A stretch of 64,000 nucleotides of DNA from Amphiscolops sp. MND2022 (GCA_964187785.1 OZ076409.1:27282001-27346000); one strand, 5' to 3'; numbered from the stretch's first letter, positions 1-14,000 are shown. The notes: generated from the letters alone by a model not told the origin. A program made the numbers and translations.

Positions 1-17
1 ATATTTCGTACAACCAG

Positions 18-1122
18 TTGAGGAACTCTGACTGGCAAAAAGAAGGAATAGCTGACGAAGAAGAAATGATACCAATCCCAGTTGCCAAAAAATTGAAAGT
101 TGAAGTGAAAGCTGTAGTGAAAGAGAAACTGTCGAAGATCAACATTGGAGACATTTTGCGGGCATTGTGCGGATCTGACGAAACCGTTAGCCTGACACTT
201 GTTCCCACTACGAACGGAATACTAGCAGCAGGATCACGTGTTGTAATAGACTTGTCACAGACGGGGGTTGTACGAAAGCTTTTTTTTGACCGCAGGGAGG
301 CGCACGCGATGGCAGAAGTAACTTTAGACGGGAGTAAGAGATACATTGGACTGCCAGCCACAGAAGTTGGACTGTCAGTAGACCCCAATCAATCACTTAA
401 GAAGCAACAGGAAATCAATTATATGAAATCCCCAGAACTCACAGTGAGGAACCCTAACTTGCACCCAGTTGATGAAGTTTTCACAGTGTTTTCCGCCATC
501 AAACGGGAACTTTTCCTCTCTTACGACACAATCAGCCACACAGAAATAATATACAGTCCTGTGCCATTTTACATTAGGCAAGTTTTGGGCTGTGAATCGT
601 CAAGAGATTCGGTAAGCATATGCTAATTGTCAAAGTAGTTAATAGCATCATTGACAACAAGTCTTTGAAAACACTGTGGAGTGTAATTATTGAACTTCCC
701 AGGGCATTGAAAATCTTGAACAATTTTTTAATCCAGCGTTGCAACTCCAAGGGCTTTCATAACTTTCAGCAATTTTGTATCTGAAGACTATACATGAAAC
801 CTTCATCAAGCGTTTGTTTTATAATTGTATTTCATTAGTTTTCTTCCATTGGCAGAAATTCACTATCAACGAGGAGCGGGGATCGCATGGAAACAAAGTG
901 TTTGATGAAATTCTCGGTAAGAAATGGGATCTCCTTGAAACCAGGCCGGATGCTGAGAAGTTTTTCAATCATGTCCTCTTGGGGGTGCGGTTCAAAGTAA
1001 AAACCAGTCTCGCTTTTGAAGCCCTCAAAATTCAAGTTCAAGGACACAGAGGAAACTACGAGGACTATGAAAACTATCGCGAGTTAATCTCGAAAAACAC
1101 AAAAACCTCCTTGGCAGCTTGA
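18..1122 (+). CDS. Possible partial coding region of unknown function (ORFs 18-626 and 775-1122, possibly spliced or TE-derived)
   Basis: 202-aa ORF with normal composition, candidate donor (tcg|gtaagc ~611) and acceptor (ttggcag ~855); no recognisable domain. Confidence 0.3.
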
Positions 1123-1523
1123 TAACTTGTGCATTTTCAATTATTCGTTTCTGTTTTTTGATGTAAATTTTGGTTACTTTGTTATTCGTTAGATCATATT
1201 AACATTTACTTTTACCAATAAATAAATTCGAGGAATTAGATAGCTCTTGATTCGATTTTTGTCGTTGAATTATTTCAACTACTTCTGAGGAAAAATGCTA
1301 AGCTGGTAGAGAGTGAAATTTACAATGAGCAAGAGGAGGCATCGGAATTCTTAAACAATTTTACAGGACAAAGTGTATAACTTGTGATTTAAAAAACTTC
1401 TAATTGTGTATCAAAATTACTTTATTAAAATTACTGTGAATCAGCGAATTGCTGCAAGCGACTGCAAACGCATTTTCGTCAAAACCACAATAACATGCGT
1501 TTTTATTAGGATTACTAAAGATT

Positions 1524-1690
1524 AGTATAAGAAATCCTATTTGTGTATAATGAATCCTTTTTGTGTATAAGAAATACTGTTTGTCTATATGTTCTCCGCG
1601 GAAATAGTATAACTTATACTTGACACTAGTATAAGAAATCCTTATAATGGGGATATTTATGGATATTTATTAGAAATCCTAATAAGTCGC
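1524..1690. repeat. Short degenerate tandem repeat (tataagaaatcct motif, ~22-bp period)
   Basis: tataagaaatcc / tataatgaatcc / tataagaaatac recur at ~1526, 1546, 1566, 1630 and 1672. Confidence 0.6.
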
Positions 1691-1880
1691 ATTAGGTTTC
1701 CTGATAGTAGGTATATAAAATCCTCCGTTTTCACCAAATATTAAAAATCCTTAAATTTTCGAAAAAGTTAAAACATACAAATAGGTAATAATAATACAAA
1801 AAATAATACATTAGGGGCCAGTGAAAATTCCCTTGTGGAGCATTTAAGGATATTTAATAAACTTTTGAGGCTCGTGAAAG

Positions 1881-4800
1881 TTGTGTCTTGTAATGCACCC
1901 GGTATCTCTTCGTCGGTATAGAGTTGTAATGCTTCGTCTTCCAGATTTGTCTGTATCGAGATATATCGGCCATTGCGTTCCGATGTATCATATGTTTGTC
2001 ATCCGGTTGTTTCCGGCATTTCTTCTTCATCATCGTCTTCTTCTTCCGAATCGGTTTCCGTCTTTTTGCGGTTTTGTACTATCTTTAATTTTCTGTTGAG
2101 TATATCCCGTACGTTCCGTCCAGCCCTCGTAGACAGTGTCTGTTCTTCCGCTGGATTACACTGTCAGTTGGCGGTATCTGTTCCCGCCTTATTTTCTTCT
2201 CGGTCTAAAAAAATGGACCCGAACTGAATTTTCGGCTTATTGTTTTCCCGTGCCTGTTTTCGCTGTGCTTTCGGTTCCGCTTATTGTGGTTTGAATTTTG
2301 TTTTGAAATTTTCCTTCTACGAATTGAAAAGGATAGCTAACCGATTTTTCTTTTTCGGTCCTTCTGCTACCTGCTTCTCTTCTGTTTTTGTCCGTGCCAT
2401 CACGATACGAGTCGTGATTTCACCATCCGCGTCGCGGCCCACATATATCGGTATCTTTGGCCGTGTTGGTGCTGAACTGGAAAGTTCTGACCAATCGGTT
2501 AAATAGATTTTACCGTCTTTATTGATTTTTGTTAATTCAGTTCTCGGTTTCCTTCCGTGATGTAATTCGGAAAGTATTTTCTTTGGTCCCGTATGTACGG
2601 TAAATGGCATTACTCGTAATGCTCGGTTTACACTTTCGGTTGCATTTTTCTGTCTTTCAAATTTGCTAATACTAAGTTTTTCAGTGTCTGGATTGCTCGT
2701 TTTACTGTTCCGTTTCCCGTATGTATTTGCGGTGTACAGTATTCAGTTTCTAAATTTCGGTTTTTTGCGAAATTCACGGTATTCTTTTGAGATAAAGGCA
2801 CCCCCTTTATCGGATTCCATTTTTTTCGGTATTCCGTACAGCTTAAAGTTGCTTGATAAAAATTGTTTTCTTCTTTTGTCACGAAGTTTTGCGAATTTTT
2901 ACGGTTGGCCATTTACTGAATCTATCTACGGCAATTAGTATTTGGACATCTTCGTGGATGTTTTTATCATGTAATTTTCCAGTGAAAACAATTTGTATTT
3001 CTTGTCCGGGTTCGGTTAATTTTTCTAATTTTCTGTCGTGTTTTTTCGGTTATTGGTATTTTAAACTTTTACCTGGAGCAAGGCAGACGGTGCAGTCTTT
3101 CACAGTTCTCTCAATGTCTTTCTTTTTCTCCGCCCAACAGCAAATTTTGGCTTCGTTTTCCATCTTCGTCATTCCGGAATGGCCGAAGTGCAAAATGTCA
3201 AGCAGTCCGCTTCTTAAGTCGATTGGCACGACTATTTGATTATCGACGAACACAAGGCCCCACCGGATAGATAGCTTCTCGATTACCGGCTTGTATCTGT
3301 CTAGTGCAGTTTCTCGGTCGTCTCGTCGCATGCTGCTTCTGACAAGAGTTAGTTCCGGATCTATAGGCGGTTTTGGAGATTAATGTTTTTAGATCCAGCA
3401 TGAATTCAAACTCCGCCTTTTTGATATTGTCTTCGGTCACTTTCTTGTTCGTTGTCAGATTTCCCACGATATGATTTACCTGGATGTACTTGGCCTCTTT
3501 CCCTTCTGTGTTGTATTTGCTTAGATTGATAATTGGTAGGTTGTCTCCGTGCATTAAGATGCTGTCTTCTTCCATATCTTCCGGTTCTTGTTCAATTTTT
3601 CCGTCTTCCGGATTTTCTTCTGTCTCTTCTTTTACTGGCTGGTATCATCCGCCTAGCCTGTTTGATCTTCTCATTAACTCCGCGTCGATTTCTACGATTT
3701 CTTTTCGGCTCCTTTTGTTTGGCCGAGATGGTGCGAATATCGTTTTTTGGCTCTGGTGATCATACCGGCGTCTCAGGTTACCCGGTCTAGATAGTGCGTT
3801 TCTCTGTTCTACTAGTCTTCTCGTTTCCGGACTATTGTTACGGCTTCTGATAATTTTCATGAATTCGAGGGTTGCACCCCAGGGATAGAAGTTTTCTCGG
3901 TCCATCTTTTCGTTAATTTCAATAGCTGAATTTCTGTTTTCAAAGTGCTAATATTGGATTGCCCGGATGTAGTTGTTTCATTCTGTTCGGTTTTGTTCAC
4001 GTTGTTTTTGTTTTCGAATATTCTATTCGTTTGTGATTGGTTCTTTTCATGCTCAATTTGTGTCTCGGCATTGTCGTTGCGTAATTTTTTCTGTTTTCGG
4101 TGCGTTTTGGTTGGTCGGCGAATATTGGTCCGTATTTCATGTTCAGTTCAGTTTGTTCGGTTAATATATTAATTACGTATTCTTCATCGTAATTTTCCTC
4201 CGGGGTGGCTCCCCTTACCGGATTTCTACTCAAATAATCTGTAAACTTCAGATTACTACCGGCGATATGTTGTACTGATATATCAAAATGTGTTATTCGG
4301 TCCAACCACCGTGTTAATTTCGCACTATATTGTTTATTACACCGGTTCCGTTTAATTAATGGTTCTAGAGCTTGATAGTCTGTTTATAGATATACTTTCT
4401 TTCCGTAAAGGTAAAATCGGAACCTATTCTAATTCCCACACGACTGCTAAAAATTCTATTTCACCGATGGAATATTTCTTTTCGGTTTCGTTTAAATATC
4501 TGCTACCGAATGCCATCGGTTTAGTGTTTACATCGTTCTTTGCTATAGTGTTATTCCGAGTCCGGTTGTCCTAGTGTCCGTCGTCACTATGTTATCTTTA
4601 TCTTTTGCATAGCGTGCTAGATATGGTCCTTTGGTCAACATTTATTTCATTTTTTTTTCGGAATCTTTTTGTAGTTCTTCTCCCTATATCCATGGCTCAT
4701 TTTTTTCTCAATAGTGTTTTCAGTCGGTCTGTCCGTTCCGAAAGTTTCGGTAGAAATTTCGCCACATTTTGTATCGCTCCGAGAAATGACTTCAATTCGT

Positions 4801-6943
4801 TTGTGTTCTCCGGTGGTTTTAACCGTAGTATTGCTTCCACTTTTTCTTCGTTCGATTTGATTCCGTTTTCATCAATTTCGTGTCCCAGTCATTTTGTTTG
4901 ATTCATAAACAATTCGGACTTCCTTTTACTTGCCTGGTACCCCGCTTTTACTAATTTGTTCAAGACATCGAATAATTTTTTCTCATGTTCAAGTCTGCTT
5001 CCTCGGGTTTTAACGATTATGTCATCTGACCAGGCCGGTGTACTATATTCAAGTTATCGGTCAATTTTTCTTGAAGTATTGTGGGTATATTGGCGAGACC
5101 GTAAAACACTTTTTTGAACCGGTAATATCCGCTGAAATTTCCTCCGGTTAATGCGAATACGCATTGTCGGCATGTTTCTTCCGACAGTTTCCTTTGGCCG
5201 TAAGCGTAATCCAGATCTATTATGGAAACGAATAATTGCATTGTTCGGTAACGAGTGATTTCTACCGAGATTTGGTTTAATAGTTTTTCTATATTCGGCA
5301 AGTGGGGTCTCATTTTAATGCAACTGTCATTCAATTTCCTCGAGTCTAGTGCGATTTTCACTGATTTATGGTTTTTTACGGTTATGACTACTGGTGATAC
5401 AATGCAATCTTCATCCACATCATTTATCTTTTCCAGATGTCCGGACTCTATTAGTCTTTCTAAATCACGTCCCACATCTTCCTGTATATGTAGAAGTACT
5501 GGCCTGGCTTTTTGTTTTACTGGATAATGTCCCGGTTTTAGTTGGATGTTTATTTCGGCGTCTTTTATCTCGTTATTTTCGAACAAGTCCGGAAATTTAT
5601 TGAAAACTTTTTCGCGTTCTGATTGGTTGTTTTCGACCGATTGTATTCTGCCAACTGTTAGTTTGAAGTTCTTCATGCAATCCATTCCGAGTAGGGGTGT
5701 TATGTCTGTTCTTTGGGTTGGGTTATCACAATTTCCATTTTTTGTTTGTTGTTTTCGTATTCTAGGTTTACCGGAATTTTTCCTCGGAATTTTAGTTCGT
5801 TTTTATTTACATCTTGATATCTGTTTGCAATTTTCTGTAGTCCGGTTAGCTTTAGAATCTTCTCGTCTGGTGGCATTATTGTTATGGGTGACCCGGTATC
5901 GATTCTGAATTCTTTCTTTATTCCGTTTTTTTTTCACTATTGCCGTGTAGTGTTTCTTCTTTTCTTCGATTTTCTTTATTTCTTTTATGTGGTGTATGCT
6001 TCCGTCGGATTCGCTTGATGTCTCATTCCGGTCCTCCATTTCTTCTTCGGTAAGATTTTTCACTGTTCGGTTTTTGGTGTATTTTTGTCTGCACACTTTC
6101 GCGTAGTGTCCTTTTTTCCACACTTATTTCAATTTGTTTCAGTCGCCGGACACTTGTGCATTGGTGTCCAGTTTTGTACTTCGCAATATCTGCATGGTCT
6201 ATTTACTGTTGTTTTGTTTTTCGGCTTTGTACCGAATCTCTCCATTCTCTTTATTGCTTCTTCTTTTATCACCCGTTTTTCTTTTGCCGAAATCAGTGCT
6301 TCCGGAACTGTATTTTTCTTGTTCTTTTTCTCATAGGTGTTCTGTTTGATCAGTTCAACCGTTTTTTTCAATTCCAGTGTTTTTTCTTTCATCAGTTTGG
6401 CCTGTAATTTTTCATCGGTGATCGCTGTCATGTTTTGGATATCAGTAATTCTTCAGCCGTGATTGTATTGAAATTGCACTCTTTTTCTATTTCAATTAGT
6501 CTTCCCAAGAATTCTTCGGGTATTTCTTCTTCTGTCTGTTTTGCCCAGAAGAAACTCTACGGTTATGGTAGGTGTTTCGTTTCGGTAAATATTATTCAAG
6601 GAATAGCCGAATCAAATCTTTGATGTTGATGCTGTCCGGATCCGTTTTATATTCGGCTCGGGTGATTTGATATAATGCTTCGTCCCACTCCCCAAATAAA
6701 ATCTTCTTGGATGAGTTTATCTTTCCTGGACCATCCGGCTTCCGTGACATTTTCTCCTTCTATCAGTGGTTGGTGTGATGTCTATTCTGTGTTCCCGTTT
6801 CGTAAGCTGCCGGAATCGTTCTGACCACTGTTTTGGTGTGAACACCGAGTTTCCGTCTGCGGCATTTGCTTCTAGATTCGGTACTGTGATTTTTTCAGCC
6901 ATAAAAAATTCAGTATTATTTTAAAATTCGGCTGACTGCGCCA
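1881..6943 (-). mobile_element. Decayed Ty3/gypsy LTR retrotransposon internal region (gag-PR-RT-RNaseH-IN)
   Basis: Frameshifted minus-strand ORFs in gypsy order: gag from ATG 6902 with Cys/His knuckles (CRYC..HKCPA; CGKKGHYAKVCR), protease IDTGSP (~5890), RT 5017-5685 (SPVVITVK..ALDSRKLN..IDLDYAYGQ), RNase H end (HIAGSNLKFTDYLSR), integrase HHCC (LHFGHSGMTKM..CTVC). No 3' LTR found. Confidence 0.93.
6931..6943 (-). promoter_or_regulatory. Primer binding site of the gypsy element (TGGCGCAGTCAGC, tRNA-Ser-like)
   Basis: The minus strand reads ...ACAACA|TGGCGCAGTCAGC: an LTR-type CA end followed directly by TGG, just upstream of the gag ATG. The tRNA-Ser assignment is from memory of tRNA 3' ends. 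Confidence 0.75.
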
Positions 6944-7129
6944 TGTTGTATCCTAAAGCTAGATGATCTATGAGTTGTGAAACAGGGTAAAAGAAAAGCA
7001 CTTCAATTATGCAGCTTCATTCCAGTTAATATAATTCTAGAATGAATGTATAAATGTAATCTAAACCGTTTTCTGAGTTTTTTTCCTAACAACTCGTAAT
7101 GTCTGTATTTTCAGACTATGTTGGTAAAC

Positions 7130-7314
7130 CGAAGTGCGGGGCAATTTCAGAAGTGCCCCCCCCTTTTCGCGCGCCAGGGGCTCTCGTTAGCGGGCCCCGG
7201 CGCGCCACTCGGTCCACTATTTTTCGAGTACTGTAAGTTGACACTTGGAAGTAAGTCCTTTTGTTATTTTTGAGCCTTGGATATAGCGCCGACTTGGGCC
7301 GGTCCAGGCTTGTT
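7130..7314. mobile_element. Helentron-type (HINE) family B terminal fragment
   Basis: Ends in ttttgagccttggatatagcgccgacttgggccggtccaggcttgtt, the reverse complement of the AACAAG-hairpin-GTCGGCGC terminus seen at 47825 and 51163. Confidence 0.7.
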
Positions 7315-8025
7315 TCACTCTCAAATGGGGTTGTTGGAATTTTGCGTTGCTTCTCTGAGGCGTCTCAATCATTTTAGAAATTCAAAAGTCGCAATTGTGA
7401 TGCGTCTTGGAGCTAGGAGACAAAGTTTTAGCCAAAAAATTATCCCATTTTCAGCTCTCTTCCAGGGATTTTTGTTCTAAAATTGTTGCTTCAGTGTTGT
7501 CTTTTGTTCTTACAAAAATCTTTTGTTTTTCGAAGTTAGAGTCTCTTGAGGCTTTCTAGGAACCCCAACAACTTTTTCCATTCAAAGCGTTGTTTTCTGC
7601 AAGAAATATTCAAAAATATTGATACAAAAGAATGTTTTCTGGCTTCAGAATGTACGAAATGTTCATCGAGTAATAGGCTTCAGTTCTGCTACTGTGCGTA
7701 TTCCAGAAGCATTTAATGTTGTTTGCTATCTCTTGTGTTCATTTCAGGTAAACGCAAATACGATATGACGACAAACATCGCCTCTGAATGTTTTCGGCAC
7801 TAGATTTCTCAGAAATTTCTGGACAACACAAGATCAAAATTTATTACAAGGCTTGAGGTTTTTCATCCTGAACCGAGCAAGGCACCGACTTGAGCCGACA
7901 TCGGCGTGTTATATGGGACAAAAAGAAATACAAGAAAATTCAAATTACCTTAAAGCGACATTTTGTTATGAGTCTTTTTGATGCATCTTTATCAAGCATG
8001 CACTCATGTGTTTTTCAGTGCTTAC

Positions 8026-11000
8026 CTTGAGATGCCATGGTACGAATTGCTGGATCCTTTTCCACTGAATCACTTTCTTCTTCATCCTCTGTGGCAATTT
8101 TCACCTCCGGTTTTTCAACAGGAGCTGGTATTGCTTTCGGGTCTTCTTTCTTCACATCTTGGGAATCATTGTTCAACGTTTTGTTGGGGGTAGCTAATGA
8201 ATCTTCCAAAGAATCCCTGTCAACAGTTCGGGACAGGGAGTCTCCTGGCTCTTCGACCAAATCATTGCCGGTAGTTGTTGTTGCTTCCAGAGTAGACTCT
8301 GAGATCGTTTCAGGGGCTCGCTGAGGTGCTTTGGGCGTTTCTACGTCATATGTTTTGTCAACCTTATCAGAAACCGGATGATGTTGCGAGGAAAAGTACT
8401 CGATGATTTATTGAAGAAATGAAAAAGGTAAATAGAAAATGATCGTTTTACTAAGCATTGGAAAAGAAACGAGCGAAGTTTATTGGGTCTACAGAAATTT
8501 ACCTTTTGTTTTGTTGGGGGTGGAAAAATGACATGAAAAGGTCTTTCGACTTGTAGAGTCCTCGACCGAGAGAACCACAGTTGGCAACAATCAAAGATCA
8601 CGTGTTTACCCTGGTTGAAAATAAATACAATTCTTGCAAGATTTTTGGCAAGATATTGACAAAAAATACAAATATTGCAAGATTCTAGCAGAAAATACAT
8701 TTCTTGTAAGAACCTGACAGAAAAAATATTTCTTGCAAGAATCTTGCAAGTTTCTTGCAAGAAATACTTTTTCTGTCAGATTCTTGCAAGAAAGATATTA
8801 AACCAAGAGCATTTTTTTGTTGCAAACATCCCAACCCCCCATCCGTATCTTTCCAGTGTCTGGAGAAATTCAGAAAATAAGACAATACAAACGAAGTTTA
8901 TTTTAACCCTTTTGTAACGAGTGCAGAAATTATTTTGAAATAATCCTTCTCATCTAAAGTTAGTTTAGTCTCATCCTTCAGTAGATCCTACCAAAAGCGG
9001 TGGTCGTTATTATGTTATCCTAAATTCTTAAGCGTGAAAATGTAACAAGTGAGCGGCCAATACATGCAGTGTGGTCTCCTCCTCACTCACATCCTCCCCA
9101 CCAACAGTTTTTAAGGGAAATTCACAAAACAATTTTTCGAGCTTCCCTTTTTTGATTTTAGAGCTTATTCCAAATCTTCGTAATTTCGTTTCATTCAGAT
9201 GGTTTTTGTCGGCATTCAAACCTCTATTCTATTTTTATTTTACAGAGTATGTGCCTTTCAGCTAGATTTTTATGGGTTTTCCGTAAAACTGCTAATTTCT
9301 ACAAAATGATACACAGAGGCGAAGCCGTGCTTCGAAAACACTTGCGAACTTTTGAAGAAAACCAAATAAGCAATATCATACGGAAAACCAAGGGTAAAAG
9401 GAGATTAAAATTTCATCAATTTTACAGCGGCAAAAAATACCCGAAGGGATACACGTAAGCCTCGAAAACCATTCTTCACCAACTGAAAACAGCAAAAAAC
9501 CCATTCTTTCTCAACGGAAAACCTTAAACAGAAAATACAAGAAAAAAAATTTCAAAATTTTTCGAAAACATTTTTGATGGTCTCCGGTAAGTCGCAAAGC
9601 CTTGAGGAGTCCTCTCGCAAAACGTTTCGTTTCTTGTAAAAATTGAGCAGGGGCTTCGGTGAAAACAAATTTTAAAAAAGTTGCATAGAAAAAAGATCGG
9701 TCTTTAAAAAAACGGTCTTTTAAAACTAAAAATTGGGAAAAAAATTTTCCGAATTTTTTCGAATTTTTTTGAAGTTTCCGCTAAGTCGCATAGTGCCGGA
9801 AAATGTGAAAAAGGGACCCTTTAGGATTTTATAACATTCGTTCTGTTGCAAGATATCAAAAAATTGAAAGGAGGACGCTTTGGGGACATTAAAAAATTTT
9901 TGAAAAAAATAAGGGAGTCAAAAAAATTTTTGAAAAAAATTAGAATTTTGAACAGTCTCATAGTGCCGAAAAGTCTGAAAAAAGGGACCCTTTGGGATTT
10001 TTGAACATTCGTTCTCTTGCAAAATATCAAAAAATTGAAAGGACTTTTTGGGGACATTAAAAAAATTTCGAAAAAAAGTCTCACAAAGCCGAAAAAAAGT
10101 CTCACAAAGCCGAAAAGTCTCATAGTGCCGAAAAAAGTCAGAACCATCTGCTTCGGAATACTTGTAAAAAAATTAGCGCATACCCACGGGTTCGAACACG
10201 AAACCTCTGGGTTGAAAAGCAAGCATCTTACCACTAGACCACGAACGCGTGAAACGTGCGAGTTGCCGCGTGAAATCAGAGAGTTGTCGCGCGGAAAAAA
10301 AGCACCCGCACTTTCCCATAACACTTGCTTATCGCAAGTGTAATTACATCCAAACTATGAAAACGTTACATCCGAACATTGAAAACGCTATATCCGCACT
10401 TTGAAAAAATTATATCCGAACTTTGAAAACGTTACATCCGAACTGTGAAAATTGCCATACGGTTGTCTTTCTGTCGAACTAGAACTTCAAAGGCACGAGG
10501 CTGAAGCATGCTACGAGGAATTTTTGGAACATGCTGAACACAATCTAGAAATTGCATATCTTGCAAGAATATTTCAGGAGAAATGTTTGTCTTGCAAGAC
10601 ATCTTGCAAGATTCTTGCAGGATTTGTATTTGTTTTCAACTAGGGTTATACACGTTTAATACATTGATTTAAAACACTCAACGTGATGACGTCACCGACG
10701 TGTGAAGCGAAGAACTAAATATGTTGTAGGAGAATATTCCGCTCCTTTTGATACCAAATTTAGGTTGCTAGCCGGTTCCGCCCCGGCGAGAAAAGTTGTG
10801 TGTCAGTAACTTCTGTGGAAAAAAGGATGGCTAGTAAATGGGTTCATGAAACGCATCCCCATTGTTTTTCCGCATATTTAAATTTCATTGACGACGAGAA
10901 AAATGAGGTTTAACCAGAGGTGGATCCCACTTGCAATTGCTCCCAATTGTCTTCTTTCTCAGAACGATCTGAACAATTTTCCTAGCCAACTTTTGCCACT

Positions 11001-14000
11001 AGCTCTCGATTTACTATGTCTTGTTCCTAGTCGGTTGGACTTGTTCCTAGTCGGTTGGAGATACAGAATCGGTTGAAACCCGAAAAGGTTGAAAAACTAG
11101 CTTTTTGTATGAGAATGTTATCCTAAATTCTTAAGCGTGAAAATGTAACAAGTGAGCGGCCAATACATGCAGTGTGGTCTCCTCCTCACTCACATCCTCC
11201 CCACCAACAGTTTTTAAGGGAAATTCACAAAACAATTTTTCGAACTTCCCTTTTTTGATTTTAGAGCTTATTCCAAATCTTCGTAATTTCGTTTCATTCA
11301 GATGGTTTTTGTCGGCATTCAAACCTCTATTCTATTTTTATTTTACAGAGTATGTGCCTTTCAGCTAGATTTTTATGGGTTTTCCGTAAAACTGCTAATT
11401 TCTACAAAATGATACACAGAGGCGAAGCCGTGCTTCGAAAACACTTGCGAACTTTTGAAGAAAACCAAATAAGCAATATCATACGGAAAACCAAGGGTAA
11501 AAGGAGATTAAAATTTCATCAATTTTACAGCGGCAAAAAATACCCGAAGGGATACACGTAAGCCTCGAAAACCATTCTTCACCAACTGAAAACAGCAAAA
11601 AACCCATTCTTTCTCAACGGAAAACCTTAAACAGAAAATAGAAGAAAAAAAATTTGAAAATTTTTCGAAAACATTTTTGATGATCTCCGGTAAGTCGCAA
11701 AGCCTTGAGGAGTCCTCTCGCAAAACGTTTCGTTTCTTGTAAAAATTGAGCAGGGGCTTCGGTGAAAACAAATTTTAAAAAAGTTGCATAGAAAAAAGAT
11801 CGGTCTTTAAAAAAACGGTCTTTTAAAACTAAAAATTGGGAAAAAAATTTTCCGAATTTTTTCGAATTTTTTTGAAGTTTCCGCTAAGTCGCATAGTGCC
11901 GGAAAATGTGAAAAAGGGACCCTTTAGGATTTTATAACATTCGTTCTGTTGCAAGATATCAAAAAATTGAAAGGAGGACGCTTTGGGGACATTAAAAAAT
12001 TTTTGAAAAAAATAAGGGAGTCAAAAAAATTTTTGAAAAAAAATTAGAACTTTGAACAGTCTCATAGTGCCGAAAATTCTGAAAAAAGGGACCCTTTGGG
12101 ATTTTTGAACATTCGTTCTCTTGCAAAATATCAAAAAATTGAAAGGACTTTTTGGGGACATTAAAAAAATTTCAAAAAAAGTCTCACAAAGCCGAAAAAA
12201 AGTCTCACAAAGCCGAAAAGTCTCATAGTGCCGAAAAAAGTCAGAACCATCTGCTTCGGAATACTTGTAAAAAATTAGCGCATACCCACGGGTTCGAACA
12301 CGAAACCTCTGGGTTGAAAAGCAAGCATCTTACCACTAGACCACGAACGCGTGAAACGTGCGAGTTGCCGCGTGAAATCAGAGAGTTGTCGCGCGGAAAA
12401 AAAGCACCCGCACTTTCCCATAACACTTGCTTATCGCAAGTGTAATTACATCCAAACTATGAAAACGTTACATCCGAACATTGAAAACGCTATATCCGCA
12501 CTTTGAAAAAATTATATCCGAACTTTGAAAACGTTACATCCGAACTGTGAAAATTGCCATACGGTTGTCTTTCTGTCGAACTAGAACTTCAAAGGCACGA
12601 GGCTGAAGCATGCTACGAGGAATTTTTGGAACATGCTGAACACAATCTAGAAATTGCATATCTTGCAAGAATATTTCAGGAGAAATGTTTGTCTTGCAAG
12701 ACATCTTGCAAGATTCTTGCAGGATTTGTATTTGTTTTCAACTAGGGTTATACACGTTTAATACATTGATTTAAAACACTCAACGTGATGACGTCACCGA
12801 CGTGTGAAGCGAAGAACTAAATATGTTGTAGGAGAATATTCCGCTCCTTTTGATACCAAATTTAGGTTGCTAGCCGGTTCCGCCCCGGCGAGAAAAGTTG
12901 TGTGTCAGTAACTTCTGTGGAAAAAAGGATGGCTAGTAAATGGGTTCATGAAACGCATCCCCATTGTTTTTCCGCATATTTAAATTTCATTGACGACGAG
13001 AAAAATGAGGTTTAAACAGAGGTGGATCCCACTTGCAATTGCTCCCAATTGTCTTCTTTCTCAGAACGATCTGAACAATTTTCCTAGCCAACTTTTGCCA
13101 CTAGCTCTCGATTTACTGTGTCTTGTTCCTAGTCGGTTGGAGATACAGAATCGGTTGAAACCCGAAAAGGTTGAAAAACTAGCTTTTTGTATGAGAAATT
13201 TGAATGTAAAAGTTGAAATTACTTTTCGCAGTATCGAGTTTTTCTACCATAAAGAAACATGTTTTAAACGTTTTTAACGTCTGTAACTCGATTTTCCGTA
13301 AATTTAACCCAACCCTGGAGAGAACCAATGAGTTAAATCGTTTTGCAGAACTGGTGAGCTTGAAATAACAGTGAATATGAAACGTTTTGTTTAAGTTGAA
13401 CAACCAAGTCCGGTCTCTGACCTCTACTGAAGATTCCCGATCTGATTTCTTGACGTCGTCGTTTTCGTTCGCGTCTTTCTCCGTGGACAACGATGCCTCT
13501 TTCATCGGCTCCCGGGGAGGTACCGGGGGCGGTGGGGCAGAGGTGGCAGACGTGGTACCGTAAGTGTAATAGGAGCCGGTTGAGCCTGTACCAGTACCTG
13601 CGCCCAAGGAAAGTTAGATAAAACTAAGAATAGAGCTTTGAAATGTGAAGTAGCCGGAAATTAGAAGTATTGATTATTCATGATACAATTGAAGGTTCAT
13701 CGTCAAGGCTGCAAAAAAACGTTTTTTTAAAAAAATATATACTCTTGTTTTAAATACAAAAACGTATTTTTTCAAAACCAATCTTATGTAACGAACATGT
13801 ATTTTTTTTCAAAAACAAACTTATGCAACAAAAATTACTTTCTCAAAATTTTTGCGCAAAATGTAAGTTTTTTTCACAGTTTCAATTCCTCAAGTCATCG
13901 TGGATCCACCCCCATGGTACTGAAAATTCTTTCTGATCCCGCACTTGACGAACAGAGAGTAAGTAGGTCTTCGGCACATGGGACAAGTGCTTAGTCAAAC

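Larger units (their letters stand above)
9012..13197. repeat. Near-identical direct tandem duplication, unit ~2.1 kb (9012-11114 / 11115-13197)
   Basis: Constant offset of ~2103 (e.g. ORFs 9249/11352, 10452/12554), few SNPs/indels; copy 1 has an extra ~20-bp local duplication (cttgttcctagtcggttgga). Confidence 0.95.

Noticed and set aside
7949..7986. Additional downstream exon after a 39-nt intron
   Set aside because: In phase, but the intron is very short and no following exon was found.
10176..10248. Functional tRNA-Glu gene (also the other tRNA-like units)
   Set aside because: Acceptor and anticodon stems do not pair, and the units sit inside repeats; treated as derived cassettes.
9821..10343. 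ORFs within HINE bodies (also 17603-18522, 42456-42797, 49203-49559, 51204-51548)
   Set aside because: F/K-rich translations of A/T-run repeats with no domain signal.
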